Below, piece after piece: positions 38,961-52,869 of a DNA stretch of 64,000 nt (position 1 is its first letter; every line of letters begins with the position of its first letter). The stretch is from Azolla caroliniana (Eukaryota > Plantae > Polypodiophyta): NCBI GenBank assembly GCA_043228905.1, contig JBHGNT010000012.1, positions 11,656,001-11,720,000 of the forward strand, given 5' to 3'. A program made the translations under genes and the position numbers. The notes under the pieces were generated by a model, which was given only the letters and a program-made list of their open reading frames with translations, had not been told where the DNA came from and did not search any database.

Positions 38961-41900
38961 GCGCGGAACCGGACGTGTTGTGGAAAGCGAGACCTCTGAA
39001 TTCCTTTCTACTGCAGATAACTGTTGAATTGGCCGGAAAAATAATCTTTTCCTCCATCCAACCGCAGGCACTTGATCTTCCTCTCCGTTTCCCGTTCTAC
39101 AAGACTTTGCAGGTTCCGGTAACAGTCAAAAACTTCGGGTTTCCTTTCGATTAGGTAGATCCATGTGTGCCGACTGTAGTCGTCAATGAAGGAGACGAAA
39201 TATCGGCACCCGCCAAGACTAACGTTCTATGCCGGTCCCCATACATCCAAATTTATTAGATTGAGCTTGTTACGGCTCCGGTTTCTTTCGGTGGGGAACG
39301 GAAGTCGGTGTTGCTTCCCGAGCTGGCATACTTCACATATTTGGACCTTCCAAGCATTGAATTTTGGCAATCCGAAAACAACTTGTTTCGATTGCAGGTC
39401 TTGAAGCCTCTGGTAATAGACATGGCCGATTCACTTGTGCCACAAGTCGATGTCTGACTCGACTTTCTGTCATTTGGCGAACAACGTGGTGCCTACGTCG
39501 TTGGTGTCGAGTATGAACATCCTCCCGTCCCGGCGCCCTTGCACGATGATCCAACCTTCTTCCCCAATGAAGCACCTGATGTGTGTAAACCACACTTGCA
39601 TCCCCTGGTCGATGATTTGCCTGACCAACACCAGGTTCTTGGTGATTGTCGGAATGAAGAAAACCGTCCCTAGACGGAAACCGAGTTTAGCATGTGTAAA
39701 CCGGCCCTTACATGCGAGCACACTTTTCGTTGTATAGTAAGTAGGTAGGTACAAGTCGACTGAGGTGAAATCCTATGTAGCGCGCATTCAATAGGGAGAG
39801 AATCGAGTTGTATCTCTGTCCGAAAGGACAGAGAGTTAATATGATGTAACGGATGATAACGGCCTCCCTCCTTGGGCTATAAAAGAGAGGGGGATCGCGC
39901 GTTAGAGAGGACGAAGTGCTGTCGGACTGGGACCGAGCCCTTCTCCTCTACCACTCTCCATAGCCATTTTGCGCAGGTTTTCGGGAGGCTGACTCCGCTC
40001 CGTGGAATGCTCGTGTGCTTCCGGCAAAGTCTCCATCTCGCTCTTCTGTGTGAGTGTGAGTGAACAGGCGTCGGCGTTCGCCTTGCCGGCATGTTAGTTG
40101 TAACCGCCTTGATATATATATACGTTTATATACATACGTGTTCATATACTCAGACTTCTAGTCGTCTCGTTTTGCTGTGTTGTTGGACTATGAGTCTTGC
40201 GTGCTCCCGTGTCTGTGCGTGTGCCAGTGCGTCCTTTGCCTTTCCGTTCTCCTCCTTCTCAGCTATTTCTCGGTCCAAGACCCCGGTGGTCCTGCCTCGT
40301 TCTCCACGCACGCACGTAACAACGCGACAACGTTCATAAGCTTCCCTTTTTGGCCGACATGATTTAAGGGAACTTCTCCAACATGCACGATTGGGTGAGG
40401 AGTGTCATCTTTGGTCTCAACAACTCCCGGTTGCTCCGGCTTTTCCAGAAACGAGAACCACTCTTTGTGGCTCGTCATGTAGTTAGATGCTCCGGAGTCA
40501 ACGTACCATACTTCCTCCGATCCGTAAGTGCTCTTCTTCATTGAGTTTGCCTTGTGCTTCATCACGAAGGCTGGCCCTTGTCCGGTCTTTTCCGGTTCCG
40601 GATCCTTCTGATCGTTCTACGTAGTGCGAGCTTTTTCGGTTCCCTTGTAGAGCCTTGGCGGGTTCGGATTTATCTGAATCGGTGCGCTTCTTCCAACACT
40701 CACTTTCCCGGTGGCCCTTCTTGCCACAATACCAACATTCCGTGTTAGCCTTTGATTGCTGGTTTCCGACGCCGCTTTGACCCCCTCTTGCTTGTGAAGG
40801 GTCCAAAACTATTGTCGGCACTATCTCTGTGCCTCCGATTTTTCTCTTGTCGGACGCTACTATTGCGTGCCGACCCACCTTGTCCTCCACCCCCATGGGG
40901 CCGATCCGCCTTCGTGTACATCATCTGGCTGTTTGATTGAGTGGTTTTCTTCGAAGAAGGACGATGGCTTCTCACGGGTGCAAATTGCCGTCTAGATTGG
41001 TTCGTATTGGTGTGCTAGACCACCGAGGTAGATCTGGATCATCTCGTCCTCGTCCACCGCCACGTTGATGGAACCGAGTGCGCCACAAATCTCCTTGATC
41101 TTGGTGGTGTAGTCGGTGACCAGAAACTATTGTGCTCTTACCGGAGCTACAACTTCGGAGCCGTGGTATTGGCGGTGAAAATCTTCCAAAGATTTTCCCA
41201 GGCCTCTTTCGGCGTTTTTGCATTCTTGATGTAGCCGTGCACATAGGACGCGAGGCAGTACAACACTTTGCTTGCTCCTTGCGCCCATGCCGGGAAGTCC
41301 TTGTGTGGCGAATCCGGCACTGCTACATTCGCTTATTCCATGTAGCTCCAGTATCCGTGCCCCAACAGGTACTGGTGCATTTTATATGACCAGGACGCAT
41401 AGTTGCTCCGATTGGAAGTGATCCCACCATGCTTATGTCCATACCTTCTCTTTTTAGTCTGTTCTTTTACCGGTAGTTAGGGTTTGTCTTCAGAAAACGC
41501 TTGTCGGTAGTAAAGGTTCTCAACCCTCGCACTCTGATACCATGTCAAAGTTAATATGCAGAAGCTTTGAAAAACTAGTTTATCCGAATAACAACAGAAA
41601 ACAGAGACAAGGTTTAATGGAAGCTTAGGAACAACAAATACATAGGAGAGACAGAGAGAGCAGAAAGCATAAACTCAATTCAAAATAATAACACTCTGTG
41701 TATAGCAATGTCCTACAGAACACTTTTTATACAAGTCCATAAAAGGACTAAGAGAAGTACTTCAATGCTCATACGAGTGATTGACACTGACTCCAATGAA
41801 TCTGTGTATGTACTAGGCTAGATTCATAGGCCTCTAATGGCCTACTGGTTACAATCCAGTCCGTTTCTCCGATACAACTTCTGGTTCCGAATACCGATCC

Positions 41901-41964
41901 GGACATCGATCTGGATTTGGCTTATTTAGCCGATCCAGATCCTATTGAGCTTGTTCGTTCAACA
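38960..41964 (-). mobile_element. Ty1/Copia 5' half on the minus strand (LTR 41964-41543, PBS, gag, PR, partial INT)
   Basis: PBS TGGTATCAGAGT (41542-41531), CWYCGKKGHRESEC, WYVDSGASNYMT, IPTITKNLV. LTR is similar to 27401-27857. Confidence 0.88.
39665..40329 (+). mobile_element. Solo LTR of the ...GACA / GTCCAAGACCCCGGTGGTC Gypsy family
   Basis: Interrupts the Copia frame GKLMNV|FFIPTITKN. TATAAAA at ~39878, shared U5 motif, ends CGCGACA. Confidence 0.7.
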
Positions 41965-43524
41965 TGTTCGATGCGACAATCGAATAGGTCATCTAACGTT
42001 GTTCACTAACTCATTGTAATCACTCAAAGCAAAGAGTGCTTTAGGAACAACCCCCTTCCGTGCTTCATCTAGCTAGACGACATTCGGAAAGACTAATCAA
42101 ATCTATTCCTCTCATCGTTGTAACGATTTGAAGTAGGATTGGCTTGAATAATCGACACAAAGGCACATAATCTGTGATCGGCCTCTTGGAATCGGCAATT
42201 GGAATCGAATCAACAGTGAATTGTGCTCAACTCGGTTAGGAGACATTCTGGAAGACCAATTGGCTCTATCCCTCTATTCACCGTAGCCACTCCAAGCAAG
42301 TTTAGCACCCAACTACTCTGATAGTTGAAGTCGATCCGTCTCGTGTCCAAATCCAACTAGAATGATATCAGGTGAGCCAATCGGTCACATCCCACCACTG
42401 TTCGTAGTCGACTTCGTATATAGTCTAGCAAGTTGATACAAATGTCATCAACAACCCGCTCATCAGAGATGCGTCTAAGGAAGTTTGACGTATTGAACTT
42501 CCACTTCCAGAAAGAGTAGATTCACGACCATCTAATAGTCATGGGTCAGATCGACCCAATCAAGACAAAAAACGCTCTAGAAGGATAGAAGCCGAATGAG
42601 TGGACAACACCAAATGAGTGCAATCATGGTCAAGTACTTCAATGCTCATACAAGTGACTGACATTGACTCCAAGGAATTTGCATATGTACTACACTAGAT
42701 TCGTAGGACTCTAATGGTCTACTGGTTACAACCCAGTATGTTTCTCTGATCCGGCTTCTGGTTCCGAATACCGATACGGTTCTTGTTGAGCTTGTTCGCT
42801 CAACACGTTCGAAGTGAGATTCCAAACCTGACGGCCACACTTGTGCTTCATTTGGTTTTGCGACAATCGAATAGGTCATCCAACGTTGTTCACTAACTCA
42901 TCGTAATCACTCGAAGCAAAGAGTGCTCTAGGAACAACCCCCTTTCGTGCTTCATCTGGCTAGACGACATTCGGAAAGGCCAATAAACTCTATTCCTCTC
43001 ATCATTGTAACGATTTGAAGTAGGATTGGCTTGAATAATTAGCACAAAGGCACATAATCTGTGATCGGCCTCTTGGAATCGACAATTGGAATCGAATCGA
43101 CAGTGAACTGTGCTCAACTCGGTTAGGAGGCGACATTCCGGAAGACCAGTTGGCTCTGTCCCTCTATTCACCGTAGCCACTCCGAGCAAGTTTAGCACCC
43201 AACTGCTCCAATAGTTGAAGTTGATCAATCTGTCTCGTTACCAAATCCAACTAGACTGATATCGGGGGAGCCAATCGGTCGCATCCCACCACTATTTGTA
43301 GTCGACTTCGTATATAGTCTAGCAAGCTGACACAAATGGCATCAACAACTCGCTCATCAGAGATGAGTCTAAGGAAGTTCGACATATTGAACTTCCACTT
43401 CTGAAGGAGTAGATTCACAACCATCTAATAGTCAAGGGTTAGATAAACCCAATCGAGACAAAAAACGCTCTAGAAGGATACAAGCCGAATGAGTGGACAA
43501 CACCGAATGAGTGCAATCATGGTC
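41755..43524. repeat. Tandem duplication, ~880-bp unit (41755-42631, 42632-43524): partial LTR plus flank
   Basis: Both units start AAGTACTTCAATGCTCATAC and end GAGTGCAATCATGGTC. Confidence 0.9.
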
Positions 43525-43803
43525 GACTGCCTTCCAACTATGGAAGACACTTTTAGACACCTATGAAAAGAAGGTTGCGCCTCCACAAAGATATATTTGA
43601 TTTGGCACCTCTACAACCTTTAGATGAAAGAATCCAACTCGGTCCAGGCACACCTCAACGAGTACGAAAGCCTAAGCTCCCAAATCTCGGCTCAAGGGAT
43701 GACAATCGAAGACGAACTGAAAGTAATGCTGGTCATGAGTAGTCTCCCCCCTTCATGGGAAACTTTCGTCATAAGTGTGTGTAATGCATCAACTGCTGTC
43801 GTG

Positions 43804-44162
43804 TGTTAATAGGTGGGGTGTGGAGCCATTCAGTGGGGGGTGAAGCCATGAACAACTCTACCCCCCTCCCAAGGGGTTACGTGTGAGGGAGAGAGAGAAA
43901 GAGGGAAAAATGAAATGACACAAAATGTGAGAGGGAAAAATGTATATATTGCATTACATGCCCCATAGGGGGTTTATATAGTACATAAAATATAACGGTT
44001 ACATAATATGACCATTACAAATAAGACCGTTACACATGCACATAAATGTGCATGTGTTCATACACATACTCATCCTCACACACTCATACACATTACACAT
44101 ACACATCAACCACATTATTGTGTTCCACCCTTACATAGCCATGTACACTCTTATGGGTAACA
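43804..44162 (-). mobile_element. Solo LTR (TGTTACCC...TTAACA), Gypsy family related to the 2320 LTR
   Basis: TG/CA ends and similarity to 2320-2730. Flanks do not match (TCGTG/ATATT). Confidence 0.75.
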
Positions 44163-45677
44163 ATATTCAGAGAGTTCCAGGCCAAAGCTGAAAGAGAGTC
44201 GGGTCGGAAGTTGAAGGTTGTCGGAACCGACAATGGTGGCAAGTACAGAGGATAGTTCGAAGAATACTTCAAGACCCAAGGTATTCGACTTGAATATATA
44301 GTGCGAAAGACCCCTGAGTTGAACGGGCTTGCAGAGAGGATGGATCAAACGATAATGGAAAGAGTGAGGAGAATGCTGTCTCATGCAAAGCTACCGAAAT
44401 CGTACTAGGTTGAGGTAATGTACACGGTTGCTTATTTGATCAACAGGTTTCCCTCTGTGCCCTTGAAAGGTGATGTCCCACAAAGGGTGTGGACAGGCAA
44501 AGGTATCTCCTACCAACACTTGAAGGTGTTCGGATGTCTGGCGAATATTCATGTGGCAAAGGATCAGAGGTTGAAGCTCGACAACAAGTCGAAACCATGC
44601 ATATTCATGGGGTACTTATAGGATGAGTTTGGCTACAAGCTATGGGATCTTCTTGATAAGAAGGTGGTGAGGAGCAGGAACATTGTGTTCATGGAAGACA
44701 AGACAATTGAAGACCGGAAACAACAGTAGTCGGGGACATCTTCTCAGTCGACTCCGAACATAAGACTAGTCAACTTGATACATAAGACTATTAGAAGATA
44801 GCCAATCGGAACAGCCGAATCCGGGGTGGTCGACTCAGAGAAACCGACTAACACATATGAGTCATAGTCGAAAAACCTAGAAAAGTCGATTGAGGTATAT
44901 GATTCGGAGTCGGTCAAACTCCAACACCTGATCGAGATGCATAAACATGAGTTGAATGAAGAGTCGACAGGAACATCTGAACCTAAGCCAACTATGGAAG
45001 GCAAGATATATCCACTCTAAGAGAGGAGAGCACTTACTCGATATGGCGGTCAATATGTCCTCTTGACTGATGAAGGTGAGCCAGAATGCTATGATGAAGC
45101 TATAGCAAATGAGCACAAAGAGAAATGGCTAAGTGCAATGCAAGACGAAATGTACTTAATGCTAAAACATGGGTTCCATAAAACACAAGCTGATCACTGT
45201 GTGTTTGTCAAAAGATATGATGAAGGTGACTTCTTGATTCTCTTATTATATGTTGATGACATGTTAATAGTCAAACAGGACACAAAGAAGATCGTAAGCT
45301 TGGAGAGAACATTAGGCAAATCATTTTCCATGAAAGATTTTGGACTGGCTAAACAGATCTTGGGGATGCACATAGTTCAGGATAGAACTAAGAACGTGCT
45401 ATGGCCGTCACAAGAGAAATATGTGACAAAGATTCTGGAAATGTTTAACATGTCAGAAGCAAAGTTAGTCAATTTTGCATTGTTGGCAAGCTACAACCTG
45501 AATGTTAAACAATGTCTGAAAAGCGAAAAGGACAAGGTAGAGATGAGGAAAGTATCATATGCATCAATGGTCGGTAGTTTGATGTATGCTATGGTTTGTA
45601 CGAGTCCAAACATAGCATTTGCAATTGGAGTAGTAAGCCGATATGAGTAATCCAGGAAGAGAACATTGGACAATTGT

Positions 45678-46907
45678 TGTTATCCATGGGACAAAGGGCA
45701 CGAGGTGTGAAATGAATCTAAGTCAAGTAGGTAAAAAGGGAATTGGCCGAGCACTGGTAGCCGAGGAAGGTAGAATGAAATATATGCAGTTGAGAATAAA
45801 GGCCGTGAATTAGGGGAAGTAGCTGAAGCGTGCCAAGGAGAGAAGAAGCTATATAAATCGTGGAACAACAGAAGGAAAGGGGGCGAATGAATATATGCAT
45901 GTGCTATGATATAAGAGAGAGTAGGACTAGTATAATCGGCCTGTGTTGCCTTGTAATTGATTTTTTTTCCATAATCAATAACCATACCTATTGGGTCATC
46001 TCTATGTCTGTTTCTGTAATTTGTATTGTCGATTAAACTATTTTTAAGTCGTAAATCGAATATCGGTTGTGGTCGGTTATCGGGTAACTGATCGGCCTTT
46101 CTCGGCCCTATCGTACTCTCCTACGTAACCATGATTCCTTGACCCAATTACTCAGGGGAATAATCGAAGGTGTATCCCCGAGAAGGAGATAACACAATTT
46201 GGCACGCCCAGTTCACGCGGTGAGGTCACATCAAATAGTGTAGGATACAACCCCAATCGCCATTACGGGGCCCACCTGCACCACGCGTTCTCGGCTACCA
46301 TCCCGCCGCACCGCGCCAACCGAAGGAACTTCTGACTCCACGATCACGCAACAATAATTGTCGGAGCTATCTGAGTCACACAACTCTCCACCGTCGGCAC
46401 CAAACACTCAGTTGAATGTGGGCCCAGACCCTGTTTCGCCTCACAACTGTCTCGAAGTTAACCAAGCTGAATACAACCCATTTCCGGCATTACCCGAAGA
46501 CCCGGACATGGACACCATGCCGTACTCGTATACGAATGGTCTTGATGCTGAATCACACATCCGCTCATTTGTGTCGACTTGGCAAGCCAACCATTCGACA
46601 CAATGGCTCACCGCTGTTGAGGTTGACGCATCAAAAATTGCGGAGTTCACGTTGTCCCTCGATGGACCCACTGCACGGTGGTATTCCCGCCATGATCTCA
46701 AAGAGTTTGCGACATTTCAGGATGTCCGTAATCAATTCCTTGAACTTTTCCACCGCGAGATACCTAAGCAAGAACTGCTCTGCCAATTCTACGCTATTGC
46801 ACAAGAACCGCATGAAACAGTTTCCCAGTTTATGATCTGCTTCCAGGATCTCTATTGGCAACTCACCCAAGATGGGTTCTAACGACGGAAAGGGTGGGTC
46901 CCGAAAT
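45678..46907 (+). mobile_element. Truncated OTA-like Gypsy: 5' LTR 45678-46194, tRNA-Arg PBS 46200-46212, gag fragment 46358-46882
   Basis: TGTTA...TAACA CAATT TGGCACGCCCAGT. gag DAESHIRSF..W..F.LSLDG....WY is homologous to 48000-48400. Confidence 0.85.
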
Positions 46908-47789
46908 AATGGATACTCAGATACTTAGAAGGCACCTCAAAGGTGTGCCTTAGGTATGTTTTCAGCAAACTTGTGCTCAAAGGTTTTACCGATTTAGACA
47001 TGTCAGGAGACATAGACTCAAGCCGATCAACATAAGGTTATGTGATGACCTATGCAAGGGCAACAATGTTGTGGTAGTCAAGATGATTGCAGAAGGCTAT
47101 GGTTTTGTCAATCACAAAGGCAGAGTATATGATTGCAGTAGAGGCCGGTGAAGAGCTTATTTGGGTGAAGAACTTCCTTAGTGAACTAGGAATGAAGCAA
47201 GACAAATTTCTACTTCATTGTGATAATCAAAGTGTTACCCGGACAAAGGGGCAGATGGACATAGTGGGGACGCGTCGGAGTCGGAGGTTCGGAGTCGAAG
47301 TCGAAGTCGGATTGAGGAAGAGGATTGACGAGTCATCATTTTGGCTAAATAATAGTTAATACCGAAAATTATAGTTAGTTACAAAGTTTTGTAGTTCTTG
47401 CCAATACGACAATATGTATTTCTTGATGAGGAAGGCATTCATGTTGCCTATAAAAAGGAACCGAAGGAATTGTAAAATCTATCGTTTTACTTTTAGTAAT
47501 ATAAGTTTAGTTGTAGGAAATCTTGGTGTGCAACTGTTTATTTTCTGTTTATCTATTTCCACCTTGCCACAACTGCATTACATAAGTAACGATCTCGATG
47601 TTTGTGTAACATTGATAAGATTACAGTAACTTAGTATCTATTCGCACAACCACAATTCTTTGATAGAACGTTCAGTACGAAACGTTCGAACTCTGTTGTG
47701 TGTCGGCGATAGAGTTGGTTGTCGGCCGAACAACACAGTATAATTTTGGCACGTCCGGTTACATCTGCAATTAGCAGAGAACAAGTCGA

Positions 47790-50700
47790 ATGGTATCGTC
47801 GTCTGGTCTGGATACACCAGTCGATCATAAATGTCCTCATACACATTCGGTTACAAACCGTGTCGAAGAGGATTCTGTTGCGGTGGTACAACAAGAAACA
47901 AGTTGGAGGTGGTCTTCAGTTCCCGACTTAACTGACAGTCAGTCAGACGGAGATAAGTCTGAAGAGGTATCATTTTACGATATCTGGTGTGAAGACAATA
48001 TGCCCTACCCTTACTCGAAATTTCGAGAAGGCGTTGATGCAGAAGCGCATATTAGGAATTTCTTAACAACATGGGAAATAAACCATGGAGCTTAGCGACT
48101 ATCGGCTGCAGCCAAGGATAAGTCTTAAATAGCTGAGTTTGTTTTGTCATTAGATGGCTATTCGGCAAATTGGTTTGCTTAGAATGGTTTCCAAGCATTC
48201 GAAACATTCGAACAATTAACCAAAAAATTTCTTCAATTGTTTCATCGACAGATTCCTCAGAAGGATCTGATAGCTCAATTTTATGCATTATATCAAGAAT
48301 CCAATGAAACGGTGTCACAATTTGTCATTCGCTTTCAGAATCTACAGTTACAAATTTCAAGGCCAATTCCGAATCAAGAACTAAAGGATATCTTTCAAGA
48401 GGCAATTCGGGAACCACTACGAACGACAGTAGCGGTGTTCAATTTCTAAAATCAGTCAATTGAGCAAGTGGTTGATAAGGCCATCGGTATGGGTCTAAAT
48501 CCAAAATATGCAAGAAGTATGGATATGTCGGCATTGCATCATACTTTGCCAACTATGGAAGAGTTAGAGTTTCGCCAAGCAATACAATGTACTACTTGTT
48601 TGAATACTGGGCATTCGACGATCGAGTGTAGTTTACGTACACATTGCACAATCTATCACTCTAAGGCCCATTCAGTAGAACAATGTGAATATAATTTGCT
48701 TAACAAAGCAACAACGCCGGTACGTCAAATTTTTCCGGAAAATAGTTACCAAGATAACTGTAATAGGTTCAATAATCAGTATCAAGAGGATGACCGGTAT
48801 CATAATCAGAATTATTCGGAAAGGCGACTGAATAATGACTGGAATGTCTATTGGAGAAATGATAATCAAGTTTCAACACAAGAGGACGCCCGACAGTATG
48901 ATTATCGACAGAATCGAGATCAAGATTTTTTAGCATCGCAGGATAACAGTCGTCAACAACAACAAGGGGGTCGTTATAACATTAAATAGAATCGACCCAA
49001 CAACAAAAAATTCTATAAGCCAAAAGCGTCACAACAATTTCAACATGATTCTAGAGAGAACATCCGTATGGATGTCCACAATATGAACAGGGTGAAGGCA
49101 GTGGATCATTCACTCCTAACTGCTATATTTGCAGGAAAGATGGACATTATGCAAATCAATGTCTATCTAAAACCAAAGGAAAAGCACATGCCGTTAATAT
49201 GGTGATACCGGAAATTCAGTAGGTCGTTACCAGAAGTAAAGGTAAACAATCAGAATGGGAAATCCAGGAAGCTATTAGAAAAGCAACCAAGGAATGGGTG
49301 GAAGAAGCAAATAAAAATAATGTGTCCAGGATGCTGCAGGACAATGAAGTAAACCAAGTTAATGAGCTACCATGAGCAATGGCAGTACAGGAACATGAGG
49401 AAGGTTGGAAAATCTTGACTGATTGCCAAGTGTCATTACCCTTGACGGGATTATTGAAACTAGTCCCATGGTTTACGGAGAAAATGGCAACTTTGGTTGC
49501 CCAGAAAGGGATAGAACAGGTAGTAGTTAATTATAGTTAGCCAAGTAATAGTCCGACAATTATGGATGAGCAGAATCCATCAATAAGAGTGATAATCCAT
49601 GGCCAAGAAATAGATGGCGCTATTGTAGATGGTGGATCAGGAGTAAATGTAATTAACAAAACTACTTGTGACAAGCTTGGTATCACTAAATGGGAAGCAT
49701 GTCCATTCTGGTTAAGAATGGCCGATACTAGTATGGTGTGATCGATCCGATTAATTAAGCAATTAGATGTTGTTTTAGCTGGTCACACTTTTCAAACATC
49801 AGTAGTAGTGCTTCATTTGGAGGCTCGTGGAGCATATCCTTTGCTATTAGGGCGGCCATGGTTAAAGACTACCAATATTAAGCAAAATTGGAATAAGAAT
49901 TTATTAACATTTCGGAAAGGAAAAAATAAAATTCGGGTATCCACCCAAAATAAGAATACTACTAGTAGGCAGTGTCTGATAACCCAAAAATTATTCCCTT
50001 GTTCGAAGTGGACATATTACAAGCTCTTACATCAAATGTTGATCCACAAGATGACTTACCACTTGATGATCAAACAATGGAAGAAATCTGTCTTCAGAAG
50101 GAGGCTACCGAAAAAGAAATGAAAGTATCTCAACGAGTCCGAGCTTCGGCATTGGAGGAGATAAATTTAGCTGGGGATGATAACATGCTTGAACCAAAAA
50201 CAATACTGATCACCAAGGATATGTTGTTAGCTGACAAGCAACGATTAATCAGCTTACTCAAGCAATATAAGGATGTGTTCGCCTGGTTCTTTGAAGACAT
50301 GAAAGGGTTGGATCTAGCTTCCTGTCACCACCAAATTAATTTGCATAAAGATGCGAACCCGGTTCAACAACACAGGTATCGTCTGAATCCAAATTATGCA
50401 ATTAAGGTCAAAGAAGAAATAGATAAATTACTTAAGGTAGTGTTTATTCGTCCTGTGAAAAAAGCTACATGTCTAAGCCCAATTGTAGTCGTACCAAAAA
50501 AGAATGGAAAGATTCGGGTATGTGTCAACTATCGGAAACTTAATGCAGCAATAGTAACGGATGCATTTCCATTACCGTTTATGGATGGGATATTGGATGC
50601 AGTGGCTGGTCACGAAATGTATAGTTTTCTAGATGGCTTTAGCGGGTATAATCAGATAAGATTGCATCTGGCAGATCAAGAAAAGAGAACTTTTGTCACC

Positions 50701-52755
50701 GAAATGGGGGGTATTTGTGGCGGTTGTAATGATGTTCGGGTTAAAAACAACCCCAACAACAATTCAAAGAGTCATACAGGAAATTTTTGCTGAATACATT
50801 CTAGCATTCATGCAAGTTTTCTTGGATGATTTTGTTGCCTACAGTCAGAAGTCAGAACATTTCGAACATTTGCAATTGTGTTTGGAACGATGTCGGAAAG
50901 GTCGGCTTAGCTTGAATCCGGCAAAGTGCGCGTTCAGAGTTACAAGTGGAGCATTATTAGGATACATTGTCAGTCAAGAAGGAATTGCAGTTGACCCAGA
51001 CAAGGTCAAAGTTGTATTAGATGCACCAACACCAACCAACTCTAAGAGCCTTAGTTGATTTTTAGGGAAAATTAGATGACATAGTAGAATGATGAGATAT
51101 CTTGCTGATGTGGCCATTCCCTTACATACGGCAGTGCATAAAACACCTTTCCAATGGGCGAGTGTGGAGCAGGATGCCTACGAGTGCCTAAGGAAGATGC
51201 TTTCTAGAGTTCCGGTTGTCCAACCGCCTGATTGGAACAAACCATTTCATGTGTTTGTCGATGCATCCGATGTAGCAATCAGAAGTGCACTAATGCAGTT
51301 ATCCGAACCAAGCTGGTACAAACTAGTTTACTACGCTAGTTGGAAACTATCCACAATAGAAAGGAATTATTTGACAACTGAAATGGAAGCTTTGGGAATG
51401 ATTTACAATATCAACAAATTTCGACACTACCTCTTGGGGAAGAAATTTACATGCCATGTGGATCACTTTGCTTTACTATATTTGGTATCCAAACAAGAAT
51501 TAACATGCAAACTGACACGCTGGATGCTATTACTTTAGGAATTTGAATTCGACATTCTACATAGGCCAGGAGTGCAACATGCCGTTGCACATTACCTTAG
51601 CCGATTAGAGTCGGGAGAAGAGGGCACAGGAGTTAAAGATGATTTTCCGGATGGCCAACTCTTCCTAGTAGAGATGGTACGAGTACAGGAAATAAATGAG
51701 GAGATCGAGGATGCTTGGATTACAGAAATAATTTTTTTTCTTACAACATGGTTAACACCCAAGCATCTATCAACATACGAAAGAAAATGGTTAGCGGTTT
51801 GCAGCCGGAATTTCTGTATTTTAAATGACACCTTGTATCATAAAGGAGTTGATGGAATTTGGTGATGAGCAGTACGACAATTTGAGAAAGATAATTCTTC
51901 GAGAATCTCACTATGGTATCACAGGAGGGCACTACGCCGGCGAAATTTGGAATAGTGGGTTATGGTGGCCGACAATTATGAAGGATGCAGTCGAATACTG
52001 TCGGAAATGCGATTTATGTCAAAGAATGGGTCAACCTACTGAAAAAGACAGGATGCCATTTCAACCCGTCTTGCCTTTGGAACCATTCTAGAAATGGTGA
52101 TTCGAACAAGGAATCGATACATCATAGTAGCCACTCATTACTGCACTAAGTGGGTAGAGGCTAAACCTTTACGGGATAACACGGCAGCGTCGACAATAAA
52201 ATTTCTATACGAAAGTATATGGTGCCGGTATGGGTGTCCAATTGCATTGGTAAGTGACCAAGGTACACATTTTATTAATAAGATTGTACATGAATTATCT
52301 ACATACTATGCAATGGTTCATAAGAAAAGTACTCCTTATTACCCTCAAGCAAATGGGCTAGCAGAGTCGACAAATAAAACGCTGCAAATGATACTCAAGA
52401 AAATAGTCAATGAAAATTGTACAGATTGGGATCAGAAATTGGACATATAGGACTTCAGATAAGACTTCTATCAAATCGACTCCTTTTTGCATGACATTCG
52501 GTTTAGAAGTCGTAATGCCAATAGAGTTTCAAGCTCCGACACTCCGAATTCAAGCATCAGAAAGGTTGGATGAGCTACAGTCGGAACAAATTTGGAAAGA
52601 AGGATTACTGCTATTAGAGGAAAGTCGGATACAGGCTATGATAGATAGCTTTAGAGCGGAAGCAACGACAAACAAAAGCATTTGTGGATCGTCACCGTCG
52701 ACATGCAGAGAAACAGTTCGCAATCGGAAAACTGGTGTTAGTGTTTCAAACAAAA
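47790..52755 (+). pseudogene. gag-pol: Gypsy gag-pol, many stops and frameshifts
   Basis: CTTCLNTGHSTIEC, LLLGRPWL, YSFLDGFSGYNQI, FLDDF, VDASD, VSDQGTHF, YYPQANGLAE. Confidence 0.92.
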
Positions 52756-52869
52756 AACCTATTTCTTCATCTTCTGTGTCAACAACGTAGAGACAGAAGC
52801 GTATTCATGTTGAAAAGTTTTCTGCTCTTCCGCGCCATAGCTTAAAGCTTTCTTAATAGAAATCCGACC

